A stretch of DNA of 64,000 bases from contig DAIUKG010000017.1 of the NCBI GenBank assembly GCA_036848375.1, positions 5,658 to 69,657 of the forward strand. Direction: 5' to 3'. Origin of the DNA: Spirochaetota bacterium. GTDB lineage: Bacteria; Spirochaetota; UBA4802; UBA5550. This document shows, in pieces, positions 18,552 through 27,516 of the stretch. The notes beneath the pieces were generated by a model. It worked only from the letters and a program-made list of their open reading frames with translations, had not been told where the DNA came from and searched no databases. Numbering within the stretch: the stretch's first letter is position 1; every line of letters begins with the position of its first letter. The translations under genes and the position numbers were made by a program.

Positions 18552-19472
18552 ATGATTAATAAGGACGATTTATACAGGAATATTAATCAGGGTGTCATTG
18601 ATGACCGGCTTTATGTTTTCTGGCGAAATATAAAAAAAAATCTTCCGGCAATAAAGAAATTTGGCGGTTTGCAAAAAATTCTTCCCCGTTTTGTCTCAAA
18701 AAATGTTATAGTAATTGGAGCAGGGCCTTCTCTTGAACACAACATCGCTGTTTTAAGGAAATGCCAGGCTGACCGGTCCATTGTCCTGGTCGCGACTGAC
18801 ATGAGTTTGCGACTGCTTGTTCGGCAGGGAATCTATCCATCTTTTGTTTTTTCATGTGAGACCCTGCCGGTTAATTTTTTCAGCGGTATTGATACGTCGA
18901 AAATGCATCTTGTCGCATTTACCTGTATGAGCCACAGCAATTTGCGTCAATGGGCAGGGGGGATGAGCTTTTATAACTGGATGCTTTCTGAAAATGGATA
19001 CCGGGAGCTCTGGGATTACGCAGGGAATGACCTTGGCTTTATCGCTACGGCAAGCATTATATCCACCCAGGCTGTTGCTTTTGTTCTCGGCGCAGGGGTG
19101 AAATCACTGCTGCTTGTCGGTAATGATCTTGGATTTTCAGACCGTTTTTATGCCAGGGGTGCGTCCTTTTTGGAGTTCAGGGGATCCTCCGCATCACGGT
19201 TTAGCACTATTGAGTCTTTTGATATGGATCTTGTCAGAAGAAAGCGTGATTACCAGATTATCAGGGGAAGCAGAATGTTTTATACAAATCATCAGTTCCT
19301 GGCTGCAAAAATGTGGCTCGAAGATCTTTTCGCCAGCGTTGAAGTCCCGGTATATGATTGCAGTATGCCCGGGTGTTCTGAAAAGTCTGTGAAGAAGGTG
19401 ATAATAGAGGATTACTGTGTGAACTCACCAAAAAATATTTCAGGGGAATATCTTTATGATAGTATTACATAA
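18552..19472 (+). CDS. DUF115 / MptE-like (motility-accessory-factor Maf-like) protein
   Basis: The segment NVIVIGAGPSLEHNIAVL...SIVLVATDMSL...YPSFVFSCE matches the GxGPSL core of the PF01973-type domain. The 3' end overlaps flbD by 17 nt. Confidence 0.5.
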   Translation: MINKDDLYRNINQGVIDDRLYVFWRNIKKNLPAIKKFGGLQKILPRFVSKNVIVIGAGPSLEHNIAVLRKCQADRSIVLVATDMSLRLLVRQGIYPSFVFSCETLPVNFFSGIDTSKMHLVAFTCMSHSNLRQWAGGMSFYNWMLSENGYRELWDYAGNDLGFIATASIISTQAVAFVLGAGVKSLLLVGNDLGFSDRFYARGASFLEFRGSSASRFSTIESFDMDLVRRKRDYQIIRGSRMFYTNHQFLAAKMWLEDLFASVEVPVYDCSMPGCSEKSVKKVIIEDYCVNSPKNISGEYLYDSIT

Positions 19473-19653
19473 GCTCAACGGGGATGAATTTATTATAAAT
19501 TCCAACCATATCGAGACAATTGAAGAAAGGCCCGATACCGTAATTACGCTCTTTAATGAAAAAAAATATATTGTAAAAGAATCAGCTGAGGAGATAATAG
19601 ATAAAAGTATTACATATCAGAAAAAAATACATGAAATGAAAAAAGATGAATAA
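19456..19653 (+). CDS. flbD: Flagellar protein FlbD
   Basis: MIVLHKLNGDEFIINSNHIETIEERPDTVITLFNEKKYIVKES matches the FlbD consensus (LNG.EF..N...IE.IEETPDTVI.L). Confidence 0.8.
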   Translation: MIVLHKLNGDEFIINSNHIETIEERPDTVITLFNEKKYIVKESAEEIIDKSITYQKKIHEMKKDE

Positions 19654-19687
19654 TGGGTGACGATTTACATTTTTTCGGCGGTGTATT

Positions 19688-20035
19688 ATGATAGATATAG
19701 CTGTTGATGACCATGGAGAACTCATTGTAATTTCAATCAAGGGAGAGTTTTATATTGAAAGCATCCAATACGCTGAAAGCGTGTGGGAAGAGCAGGTGGT
19801 AAAACATCCCCGTGTCATTGGAATTAACTGCCAGAATATTAAGTTCATCGATTCATCGGCCATAGGGATTCTGGTAAAGTTTCTTAATAATGCCATGGCA
19901 ATGAACATTGAGCTGGTATTTTTTGATCTCAGCAATACTCTTATAAATGTTTTTAAAACTGCACGACTGGGAAATTTTTTCAAAGTTATGGAAAAAGAGG
20001 ACTTTGAAAAGGAGTATCTCAAAAATAATTCCTGA
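19688..20035 (+). CDS. STAS-domain anti-sigma-factor antagonist (SpoIIAA-like), an orphan
   Basis: A DSSAIG phospho-Ser motif is present and the 115-aa fold pattern fits STAS. Confidence 0.75.
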   Translation: MIDIAVDDHGELIVISIKGEFYIESIQYAESVWEEQVVKHPRVIGINCQNIKFIDSSAIGILVKFLNNAMAMNIELVFFDLSNTLINVFKTARLGNFFKVMEKEDFEKEYLKNNS

Positions 20036-20208
20036 ATCGCGCCGCTGCGATCCTTCTATTTTTTAATTTTCCATTGTTGATTTATGTAAAATATGCCGAG
20101 ATATAAACCAGGTACGTTCTCCTGCCATCGGAGGCTTTCATGCATGCCCGAGATGGATTAATCGGTTCGGACCGGTTTTATTATGATAAGATTGCATTGG
20201 AGTAGCAT

Positions 20209-20988
20209 ATGGACATAGCAACCATTGCCGGTATAGCGGGTGCATTTGTATTTTTGCTTTTAGGAATTATTTTTGCGCAGGGGAGTCTCCTCCTTTTTGT
20301 GGACCCGCCATCGGTTATGATCACCATCGGCGGTTCTTTTGCGGGTCTTCTTGCATCCTATCCGCTTTCATATATTCTTGGTATGGGTAAAATCGCCCGG
20401 TTTGCCTTCTTTTCTCCTGAAGTAAACGCCAAGGAGATGATTATAACCCTTGTTTCATTTTCAGAAAAGGCGCGCCGTGAAGGCCTCCTCGCTCTTGAAG
20501 ACGACCTTGATGAGCTTGACGATGAGTTTTTGAAAAAAGGCATACAGCTGGTTGTTGACGGTACTGACCCTGAGCTGGTCAGGCGTATTATGGAAACCGA
20601 GCTGGAACATATTATTGAACGCCATGAAAAGGGGAAAAAGGTTTTTGAAGACTGGGGTTATCTCGCTCCCGCATTCGGTATGATCGGAACTCTTATGGGT
20701 CTTATTCTGATGATGGTCAACCTTGAAGATAAATCAGCTATTGGTCCCGGTATGTCAACAGCTCTTATTACCACATTGTATGGAGCTATTATGGCCAATA
20801 GTGTTTTCATCCCCATTGCAAACAAGCTTGAGGTCCGGGCTAACGAGGAGGTCTTATTAAAGATGATCATGATCGAAGGCACCCTGTCGATACAGTCAGG
20901 GGATAATCCCCGTATAGTCAGGGACAAGCTGATCGCCTTTCTCGAGCCTTCTCAGAGAGAAGAAATTACGCAGGAAGTTGGTGATTAA
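20209..20988 (+). CDS. motA: Flagellar motor stator protein MotA
   Basis: Four TM helices and the conserved MotA/TolQ/ExbB C-terminal region are present. Confidence 0.85.
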   Translation: MDIATIAGIAGAFVFLLLGIIFAQGSLLLFVDPPSVMITIGGSFAGLLASYPLSYILGMGKIARFAFFSPEVNAKEMIITLVSFSEKARREGLLALEDDLDELDDEFLKKGIQLVVDGTDPELVRRIMETELEHIIERHEKGKKVFEDWGYLAPAFGMIGTLMGLILMMVNLEDKSAIGPGMSTALITTLYGAIMANSVFIPIANKLEVRANEEVLLKMIMIEGTLSIQSGDNPRIVRDKLIAFLEPSQREEITQEVGD

Positions 20989-20990
20989 GC

Positions 20991-21773
20991 GTGGCTGTAA
21001 AACGGGCAAAAAAGGAAAAGAAAGGCGCTCCGGGGTGGATGGTTTCCTGGAGCGATATGACAACGCTTTTGCTCACGTTTTTCATCGTCATGATGAGCTT
21101 TGCCGAGATTGACGGGAAGGACTTCTATCTGGTTCTTTCGTCTTTTCGGGGTTCGCTGGGGATGTTCACCGGCGGATATTCACTTTCCGCGGGCAGGCTC
21201 GAAGAGCTGGGGCAGAACATGCAGAACCTTCCGTCAACAACTGCCGGAAGAACCCTGGCGCAGAGCCTTAAAAAGGCCGTATCCATATTCAAACCTGAAA
21301 TAGAAACCGAAAAAGTAAGGGTCACCGAGGATGAACGGGGCCTGGTAATTACCCTTTCAGGTGATGCTTTTTTTGATCCCGGCAGCGCGAGGCTGAGAGA
21401 CGAGATCAGGCCTGTACTTAAAAAAGTCGGTAATATAGTAAACAGTGTCCCGAATTTTGTCCGCATTGAGGGCCATACTGACGGGAATCCCATTACGGTT
21501 TCCAGAACAAAAGAAGGATATCCTACTAACTGGGAGCTTTCCGCAGCACGAAGCGTTAATGTTTTAAGATACCTTAATGAAGAGGAAAAAATTGGTGCGA
21601 AAAAGCTTTCGGCTGTTGCTTTTGCTGAACAGAGACCTCTTGATGATAACAATACTCCTGAGGGCAGAGCTTATAACAGAAGAGTTGATGTGGTCATACT
21701 TAAAGAAAAGCCATTTGTTAAAAGCGTGGATAAAAGAATTGAGAGGCCGCTTCCTGATGAGGAGTGGCGATAA
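20991..21773 (+). CDS. motB: Flagellar motor stator protein MotB (OmpA-like C-terminal domain)
   Basis: An N-terminal TM helix carries the plug region, and the OmpA motif RIEGHTDGNPI...NWELSAARS is present. Confidence 0.85.
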   Translation: MAVKRAKKEKKGAPGWMVSWSDMTTLLLTFFIVMMSFAEIDGKDFYLVLSSFRGSLGMFTGGYSLSAGRLEELGQNMQNLPSTTAGRTLAQSLKKAVSIFKPEIETEKVRVTEDERGLVITLSGDAFFDPGSARLRDEIRPVLKKVGNIVNSVPNFVRIEGHTDGNPITVSRTKEGYPTNWELSAARSVNVLRYLNEEEKIGAKKLSAVAFAEQRPLDDNNTPEGRAYNRRVDVVILKEKPFVKSVDKRIERPLPDEEWR

Positions 21774-21804
21774 TGTATAAGTTTCGTTGAAATGAATAAA
21801 TTAA

Positions 21805-21833
21805 TTGACATATTTATTAATATAGGTTATTAT
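21805..21833 (+). promoter_or_regulatory. Near-consensus sigma-70 promoter TTGACA-N17-TATTAT upstream of fliL
   Basis: Read directly from the sequence, inside the AT-rich 200-nt gap between motB and fliL. Confidence 0.45.
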
Positions 21834-21983
21834 GTCACATAATTTTGCATTAATTTACATAATGGGCCAGTGATAAATTTTTGGTTGTTTGGTGTTTTGT
21901 AATTATCTTATTTCTGGAGTGTGTTTGTATCAGTTGCGGTTAATTATTATTTGATGATATGAATTAAAGGGCAGGAAAACCAG

Positions 21984-22514
21984 ATGGGTGAAGAAGAAAG
22001 AGATGAAATAATCGAGGAAGAGGAGGGTGCGGGTGAAGAGCCATCCGCAGGCGGTGTTGAGGTTTCAAAAATCGTCAAGATTCTCCTCTATGTCGCTGGA
22101 GGCATACTTCTGATTGTTCTGGTAACCGGGATTTCCTATCTTGTTTCAAAGAATGTTCAGGAAAGCGCTTACCAGAAACGGCAGGATATAATTGTTGCTC
22201 CGCCGCCGCCGCCTTTACACAGCTTTGACCTTCAGCCCTTTTCAAAAACAACGGCTGATGCGGAACCGCATTTTGTCAAGATCGAAATAGCTCTTGGTTA
22301 TGAGCATACTATTGAGTTGAATAATGAACTGGTGAACAGAAATGATCAGATAAGGCATATAATAAATATTATATTGCAGGGAAAAAAATACGAAGATCTT
22401 GATTCCGTTTCTGATTCAGTGGCCCTGGCAGAAGAAATTAAGGCTCATGTTAACATGATATTAATAAATGGAAAGATTAAGGAAGTGTATTTCAAGGAAC
22501 TTGTAGTTAATTAA
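21984..22514 (+). CDS. fliL: Flagellar basal-body-associated protein FliL
   Basis: An acidic N-terminus and a single TM helix are followed by a FliL-like domain, in the conserved position after motB. Confidence 0.7.
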   Translation: MGEEERDEIIEEEEGAGEEPSAGGVEVSKIVKILLYVAGGILLIVLVTGISYLVSKNVQESAYQKRQDIIVAPPPPPLHSFDLQPFSKTTADAEPHFVKIEIALGYEHTIELNNELVNRNDQIRHIINIILQGKKYEDLDSVSDSVALAEEIKAHVNMILINGKIKEVYFKELVVN

Positions 22515-22555
22515 ATGTTAACTTCCGGGTTCCTATACTCAAGAGGGAGGATACT

Positions 22556-23608
22556 ATGGGTGACGGCTCTTTATCCCAAGACGAAATAGATGCCCTGTTA
22601 CAGGGTGCTGATGATATGCTATCGCCCTCCGGGCCGTCACAATCTGTTGAGTCGGCCATGGGGGGAGGGCCATTAACAGCAACAGAGATCAATACTCTTC
22701 GAGATATTCTCGGTAGTTCAATGGGCGCGGTGGCCCCTTCTCTGGGCGGCTATCTTGGAGGCAGGAACCTCGCGATTTCCAATCCTGCTATTGAAGTAAA
22801 GGCTCACGACGCAGTCCGTTCTGACTTTCAGATGAAGTGCGTTCAGGTCGCCATGAATTTCAGCGGTTCGCTCATGGGCAGGAACCTCATTGTTTTTGCC
22901 TTGCCTGACGCAGGCGCGATTTCATCCCTTATGATGGGTGATGAGTCGGGTAAAGCTCCGGCGACCCTTTCGGAAGCGCATCAAAGCACAATTCAGGAAT
23001 TTACCAATCAGCTTCTTTCATCCGCGGCGACACAATTCAGCGGGAGAGTCGGCGGCAGTATCAACGCAACTCCCGCGGTATTGTCAATGGTCAACAGTGC
23101 TGCGGACCTTCAGCTTCCTCCCGGCGCTGATCTGGTAAAAGTGACCTATGACCTCTCGATTGAGGGTGTTTTAAATTCTAAACTCTATCATATTATGGAT
23201 ATCGACCTCGCCACCGGTTTATCCAGCGGAGGATATTCCTCGCCGCAGCCTGCGATGCATCAACAGGCAATGAAACCTCAGGCGGGCCAGGTGGGGATCA
23301 GCCCGGTTAAATTTCCGCCTCTTGACCAGGGTATAGCGCCCAGCATCGGCGGCAATATATCACTGCTTCTTGATGTTCCCATGACATTGACTGTTGAGCT
23401 GGGAAGAACAACTCAGCTTGTCCAGGATATACTTGGCCTGGGTGAAGGGTCAATCATTGAGCTTGATAAACTTGCCGGTGAACCTGTGGACCTGCTGGTA
23501 AACGGCAAGCTGATCGCGAAGGGTGAGGTCGTTGTTATTGATGAAAATTTCGGTGTTCGGGTAACTGATATCGTAAGTCCGGTGGACCGTTTAAGCGGAT
23601 TGCAATAG
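22556..23608 (+). CDS. fliY: Flagellar motor switch protein FliY (CheY-binding N-peptide, CheC-like middle, FliN/SpoA C-terminal domain)
   Basis: The N-terminus has LSQDEIDALLQG. The C-terminus LTVELGRTTQLVQDILGLGEGSIIELDKLAGEPVDLLVNGKLIAKGEVVVIDENFGVRVTDIV closely matches FliN. Confidence 0.8.
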   Translation: MGDGSLSQDEIDALLQGADDMLSPSGPSQSVESAMGGGPLTATEINTLRDILGSSMGAVAPSLGGYLGGRNLAISNPAIEVKAHDAVRSDFQMKCVQVAMNFSGSLMGRNLIVFALPDAGAISSLMMGDESGKAPATLSEAHQSTIQEFTNQLLSSAATQFSGRVGGSINATPAVLSMVNSAADLQLPPGADLVKVTYDLSIEGVLNSKLYHIMDIDLATGLSSGGYSSPQPAMHQQAMKPQAGQVGISPVKFPPLDQGIAPSIGGNISLLLDVPMTLTVELGRTTQLVQDILGLGEGSIIELDKLAGEPVDLLVNGKLIAKGEVVVIDENFGVRVTDIVSPVDRLSGLQ

Positions 23609-23620
23609 AAAAGGATTATT

Positions 23621-23666
23621 GAGCCCTTTTTTTTAATGCGCTCATAAAAGGGCAAATTTTTTTTTA
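23621..23666 (+). terminator. Terminator-like hairpin plus T10 tract between fliY and fliO/Z (possible intra-operon attenuator)
   Basis: gccctttt ...15-nt loop... aaaagggc followed by aaattttttttt. Confidence 0.4.
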
Positions 23667-23675
23667 TAATCGGCA

Positions 23676-24449
23676 ATGAGACATAATTACATGAGACATA
23701 ATATTAAAAAAATTTTTTTTAAGCCGATAGTGATATCTTTTATCCTGACCATGATTTTCAGCATGACAGGTGTTTTTATCGTACCTGCGACTCATACTGT
23801 ATTATTTGCTGAATCGAAAAAAAAAGCAGCTGTAAAAGTTGAAAATAACGTTAAAGAAACGGCCCCGTCCTCACAGGAAACCTCTGAAACAGAAAACACA
23901 GGAATAACTGAAAAGGAATTCACTGAAAATGATTTTCGTCCCCAGATAGAGGAAGAATCCTATGTCTGGCTTGTTTTTAAAACATTGATCGTTATCGCGC
24001 TTCTGGGAGGTGGCTTTTATTACATTTTCCGCTTTCTCAGTAAAAAGGCGGGGATTCAGTTGATGGGCGGTGAAGTGGCCCAGGTTTTGTCTGTTGTCCC
24101 GATAGGCCAAAACAAATACATTCAGATTGTTGATCTGGCCGGCAGAGTTCTTGTCCTGGGAGTATCGGACAGTTCGATTAACCTGATAACCGAAATAACG
24201 GCTAAAGATGAAATCGACAGGATCAGGATTAAAAGTCAGCAGAAGGGTACTGTTCAGCCTGAACGGTTCCAGGAATACCTTGTCAGGGGAATCGGAAAAA
24301 TTATTAATATAGTCAATGAAAAAAGGGAAAAAGCCCGTGGCGGCCAGATAAACAGGCCGATAGACGATTACATCCCCGGTGCCGACCTCGATTATCTACA
24401 AAAACAGAGGACCAGGCTTAAAAGGATGAATGGTTTGGATAATGAATAG
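23676..24449 (+). CDS. fliO: Flagellar biosynthesis protein FliO/FliZ
   Basis: A signal/TM region and a conserved FliO/FliZ segment (VAQVLSVVPIGQNKYIQIVDLAGRVLVLGVSDSSINLI) are present. The 3' end overlaps fliP. Confidence 0.55.
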   Translation: MRHNYMRHNIKKIFFKPIVISFILTMIFSMTGVFIVPATHTVLFAESKKKAAVKVENNVKETAPSSQETSETENTGITEKEFTENDFRPQIEEESYVWLVFKTLIVIALLGGGFYYIFRFLSKKAGIQLMGGEVAQVLSVVPIGQNKYIQIVDLAGRVLVLGVSDSSINLITEITAKDEIDRIRIKSQQKGTVQPERFQEYLVRGIGKIINIVNEKREKARGGQINRPIDDYIPGADLDYLQKQRTRLKRMNGLDNE

Positions 24450-25203
24450 AAAAAAATATATATTTTTTGTTATTTTTTTTATCCTGTTCACCGGCTTTGC
24501 CTATGCTCAGGATGCCGGCGTGCGCATGCCCATTCCTAAAATAGCTTTTGATATTGAAGAAGCTAAATCGACCAAGGATGTTGCGCTCAGCCTGCAAATT
24601 CTTTTTTTACTGACCATCCTTACTCTTGCCCCGTCAATTATGATCATGATGACCGCCTTTACCCGGGTGGTAATCGTCCTTGATTTCGTCAAACGAGCAC
24701 TCTCCCTGCAGCAGATGCCTCCGAATCAGGTAATTGTCGGCCTGTCAATTTTCCTGACAATTTTCATCATGTCCCCGACTTTTACTGAAATTAATGATAC
24801 CGCGCTGCAGCCCTATTTGAAGGGGAAGATCGGCAATGAAGTGTTTTTTGATAAAGGAATGGAACCGCTCAGGGATTTTATGTTCAGGCAGACCAGAGAC
24901 AAGGACATCGCGCTTTTTATCAATCTTGCTAAAATTGAAAAGCCTAAAAACAGGAAGGATGTCCCCAACACCTGCCTGATACCGGCCTTCATGATCAGTG
25001 AATTGAAAAGGGCTTTTGAAATCGGCATCTATATTTTTATACCTTTTATCGTTATTGATATGATTGTCGCGAGTGCATTGATGGCTATGGGGATGATCAT
25101 GCTTCCTCCCATCATGATATCGCTACCGTTTAAGATTGTTTTATTCATCCTGGTAGACGGATGGAATCTCCTTATCTATGAACTGGTAAAATCATTCAGG
25201 TGA
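24430..25203 (+). CDS. fliP: Flagellar type III export apparatus protein FliP
   Basis: A signal peptide and the conserved FliP core (LTILTLAPSIMIMMTAFTRVVIVL...) are present. Confidence 0.9.
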   Translation: MVWIMNRKKYIFFVIFFILFTGFAYAQDAGVRMPIPKIAFDIEEAKSTKDVALSLQILFLLTILTLAPSIMIMMTAFTRVVIVLDFVKRALSLQQMPPNQVIVGLSIFLTIFIMSPTFTEINDTALQPYLKGKIGNEVFFDKGMEPLRDFMFRQTRDKDIALFINLAKIEKPKNRKDVPNTCLIPAFMISELKRAFEIGIYIFIPFIVIDMIVASALMAMGMIMLPPIMISLPFKIVLFILVDGWNLLIYELVKSFR

Positions 25204-25219
25204 GTTCTGGCGAGGTACT

Positions 25220-25492
25220 ATGACGGACGTTACGGTAATACAAATAATGAGAGAATCGCTGATGACAACCCTGGTTGTTTCAGCTCCCATGCTGGGAATT
25301 GGCATGCTTGTTGGCCTGATAATATCTATTTTTCAGACTACGACTTCAATCCAGGAGCAGACGCTGACTTTTATTCCTAAGATCGTGGCGATATTTCTAT
25401 CTCTTATTGTTTTCGGCGCGTGGATGATCAGAACCCTGGTTAATTACACAAACCATATATTTGCCATGATTGAAAAGGCGGGAATGGGGTAA
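25220..25492 (+). CDS. fliQ: Flagellar export apparatus protein FliQ
   Basis: A 90-aa two-TM protein in the conserved fliP-fliQ-fliR position. Confidence 0.85.
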   Translation: MTDVTVIQIMRESLMTTLVVSAPMLGIGMLVGLIISIFQTTTSIQEQTLTFIPKIVAIFLSLIVFGAWMIRTLVNYTNHIFAMIEKAGMG

Positions 25493-25530
25493 AGATACAG
25501 CAAATGCTTTTAACGGGGATGAATTAGGGA

Positions 25531-26310
25531 ATGGGGTATTTTGTTAATTACTTTCAATTATTTTTGCTCATCATGGTAAGGATTAATGCCATGATCGTGA
25601 TTGCCCCTTTGTATTCCAGTGATGTCATCCCCTATCGACTGAAGGCAATATTTACTTTTTTTGTTTCATTGATACTTTTTCCCCTGGTTGCTGCCAAGGG
25701 ATTTTCTATACCGGGAAACATGGGGGAATACGCTCTTTTAATTTTTGGAAACGCTGCGATAGGGCTCTATCTCGGTTTTCTCGTGTCAGTGATATTCGCA
25801 GCGTTTCAGCTTTCAGGCCAGTATTTCGCGGTGCAGATAGGTTTTGGTATCAATGAGGTCCTCGATCCTCTCGGCCAGATATCGGTTCCCCTTGTGGGAC
25901 AGTTTAAGAACCTGATGGGCCTCCTGGTTTTTCTTGCGATAAACGGGCATCATATGATGCTTGCCGCAATTTCCCGGTCGTTTGAGCTTGCCCCGCTGAT
26001 ATCATTTCACCGGGAAGCTGCGGGGGGGCTCTTGAAATATCTGGCATACACATTCAGCGGAATGTTTGTTGTCGCCTTGAAGATATCGCTGCCGGTTGTC
26101 GGAACGGTTTTTCTGGTTACGGTAACCCTTGGTGTTCTGGCAAAAGCGGCCCCGCAGATGAATATCATGATGCTGGGGTTTCCGTTTAAAATAGTGGTTT
26201 CTTTTATTGTTCTTTTATTGTCAGCGCCGCTGGTAATCAGAATTATGCAGGTTTCACTGGAGCGCACTTTTTCATTTCTCTCAAATGTGCTGATCCACTG
26301 GCCTAAATGA
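25531..26310 (+). CDS. fliR: Flagellar export apparatus protein FliR
   Basis: A 259-aa polytopic membrane protein in the conserved position. Confidence 0.85.
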   Translation: MGYFVNYFQLFLLIMVRINAMIVIAPLYSSDVIPYRLKAIFTFFVSLILFPLVAAKGFSIPGNMGEYALLIFGNAAIGLYLGFLVSVIFAAFQLSGQYFAVQIGFGINEVLDPLGQISVPLVGQFKNLMGLLVFLAINGHHMMLAAISRSFELAPLISFHREAAGGLLKYLAYTFSGMFVVALKISLPVVGTVFLVTVTLGVLAKAAPQMNIMMLGFPFKIVVSFIVLLLSAPLVIRIMQVSLERTFSFLSNVLIHWPK

Positions 26311-26337
26311 ATTAGTTGATGAAACGAGACGAATGAC

Positions 26338-27489
26338 ATGGATGACTCGCTAAAAAAATACAGACACTGGCTACTGCAAGATGAGCCTTTCACTTTTGAT
26401 CTGCAGCTTTTTGCAGCGGAGGATGAAGGGCGCACTGAAGAGCCGACTGAAAAGAAAATCCGTGAGGCTCGGGAAAAAGGCCAGGTCGCGAAAACCGATG
26501 AACTTCCCCAGGCGCTGGTTGTTCTCGCGGGTTTTTTTGTCATACTTCTGTTCGGTTCGTGGATATACGAGACCATCGCACAGGTCACCAAATATTATCT
26601 GTCATCCTTCTCGGACATGTCCGTCACCCAGCGCAGTATGGGCAGGGACTTTTTCGCTTTGATGGTAGAAAGCGCGAAGGTGCTTTTCCCGATTTTTATC
26701 GCGGTAATTATCGCCGCGCTCGCCGGAAACCTGATGCAGGTCGGGTTCCAGGTTTCTTCGCATCCGTTAAAATTTGATTTAACCAAAATCAAATTCGATC
26801 CTGCCACCATAATGAAGAAAATCTTTTTTTCCAAGCAGGTCGGGATGAACCTCTTTAAGTCGCTGTTCAAGGTCATCACAATCAGCCTGGTTTCGTATCT
26901 GATAATTTCTGACAGCTTTGACATGATCATGAAGACCCCGGACATTTCAGTCGCCCTCGCGCTGAAAACGGTTTCGATCGCCGCATTGAAAATAATCATC
27001 TGGTCAACCGTGCTCCTGCTTATTCTGTCGGTTCCTGATTATTTTTTCCAGAAAAGGGAATTTATCGAGTCGTTGAAAATGACCAAGCAGGAATTGAAAG
27101 AGGAACTCAAAGAGACCATGGGTGACCCCTATATCAGGGCGCGCCTCAGGGAAATGCAGCGCGACATTGTTATGCGAAACATGATCAGCGAGGTTCCCAA
27201 GGCGGACGTGATCGTGACAAATCCCACCCATTTCGCGGTGGCACTCAAGTACGAGAGGAACGTGATGGAAGCGCCCACGGTTGTCGCAAAAGGTGCTGAC
27301 AGTATGGCGCTGAAGATTCGCGAGGTCGCGCGGCAGAACAGCATCCCCCTTATTGAGAACAGGCCGCTTGCCCAGGAGCTCTACCGCAGGCTCAATGTCG
27401 GGGACATCATCCCCGAAGACCTTTTTTACGCCGTATCGCTCGTGTATGCCGAACTGTACCGGAAGCATAATTACCGGGAGGCAATATAA
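26338..27489 (+). CDS. flhB: Flagellar export apparatus switch protein FlhB
   Basis: The N-terminus has TEKKIREAREKGQVAKTDEL, and the NPTH autocleavage motif is present. Confidence 0.9.
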   Translation: MDDSLKKYRHWLLQDEPFTFDLQLFAAEDEGRTEEPTEKKIREAREKGQVAKTDELPQALVVLAGFFVILLFGSWIYETIAQVTKYYLSSFSDMSVTQRSMGRDFFALMVESAKVLFPIFIAVIIAALAGNLMQVGFQVSSHPLKFDLTKIKFDPATIMKKIFFSKQVGMNLFKSLFKVITISLVSYLIISDSFDMIMKTPDISVALALKTVSIAALKIIIWSTVLLLILSVPDYFFQKREFIESLKMTKQELKEELKETMGDPYIRARLREMQRDIVMRNMISEVPKADVIVTNPTHFAVALKYERNVMEAPTVVAKGADSMALKIREVARQNSIPLIENRPLAQELYRRLNVGDIIPEDLFYAVSLVYAELYRKHNYREAI

Positions 27490-27516
27490 TGAATTCATGT
27501 TCCGGAGTTTTGTACC

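Noticed and set aside
22556-23608. Possibility that the 350-aa switch protein is FliM rather than FliY
   Set aside because: The C-terminal 70 aa match FliN/SpoA nearly residue-for-residue (LTVELGRT...GEPVDLLVNGKLIAKGEVVV...FGVRVTDIV). That is characteristic of FliY/FliN. FliM C-termini are much more divergent.
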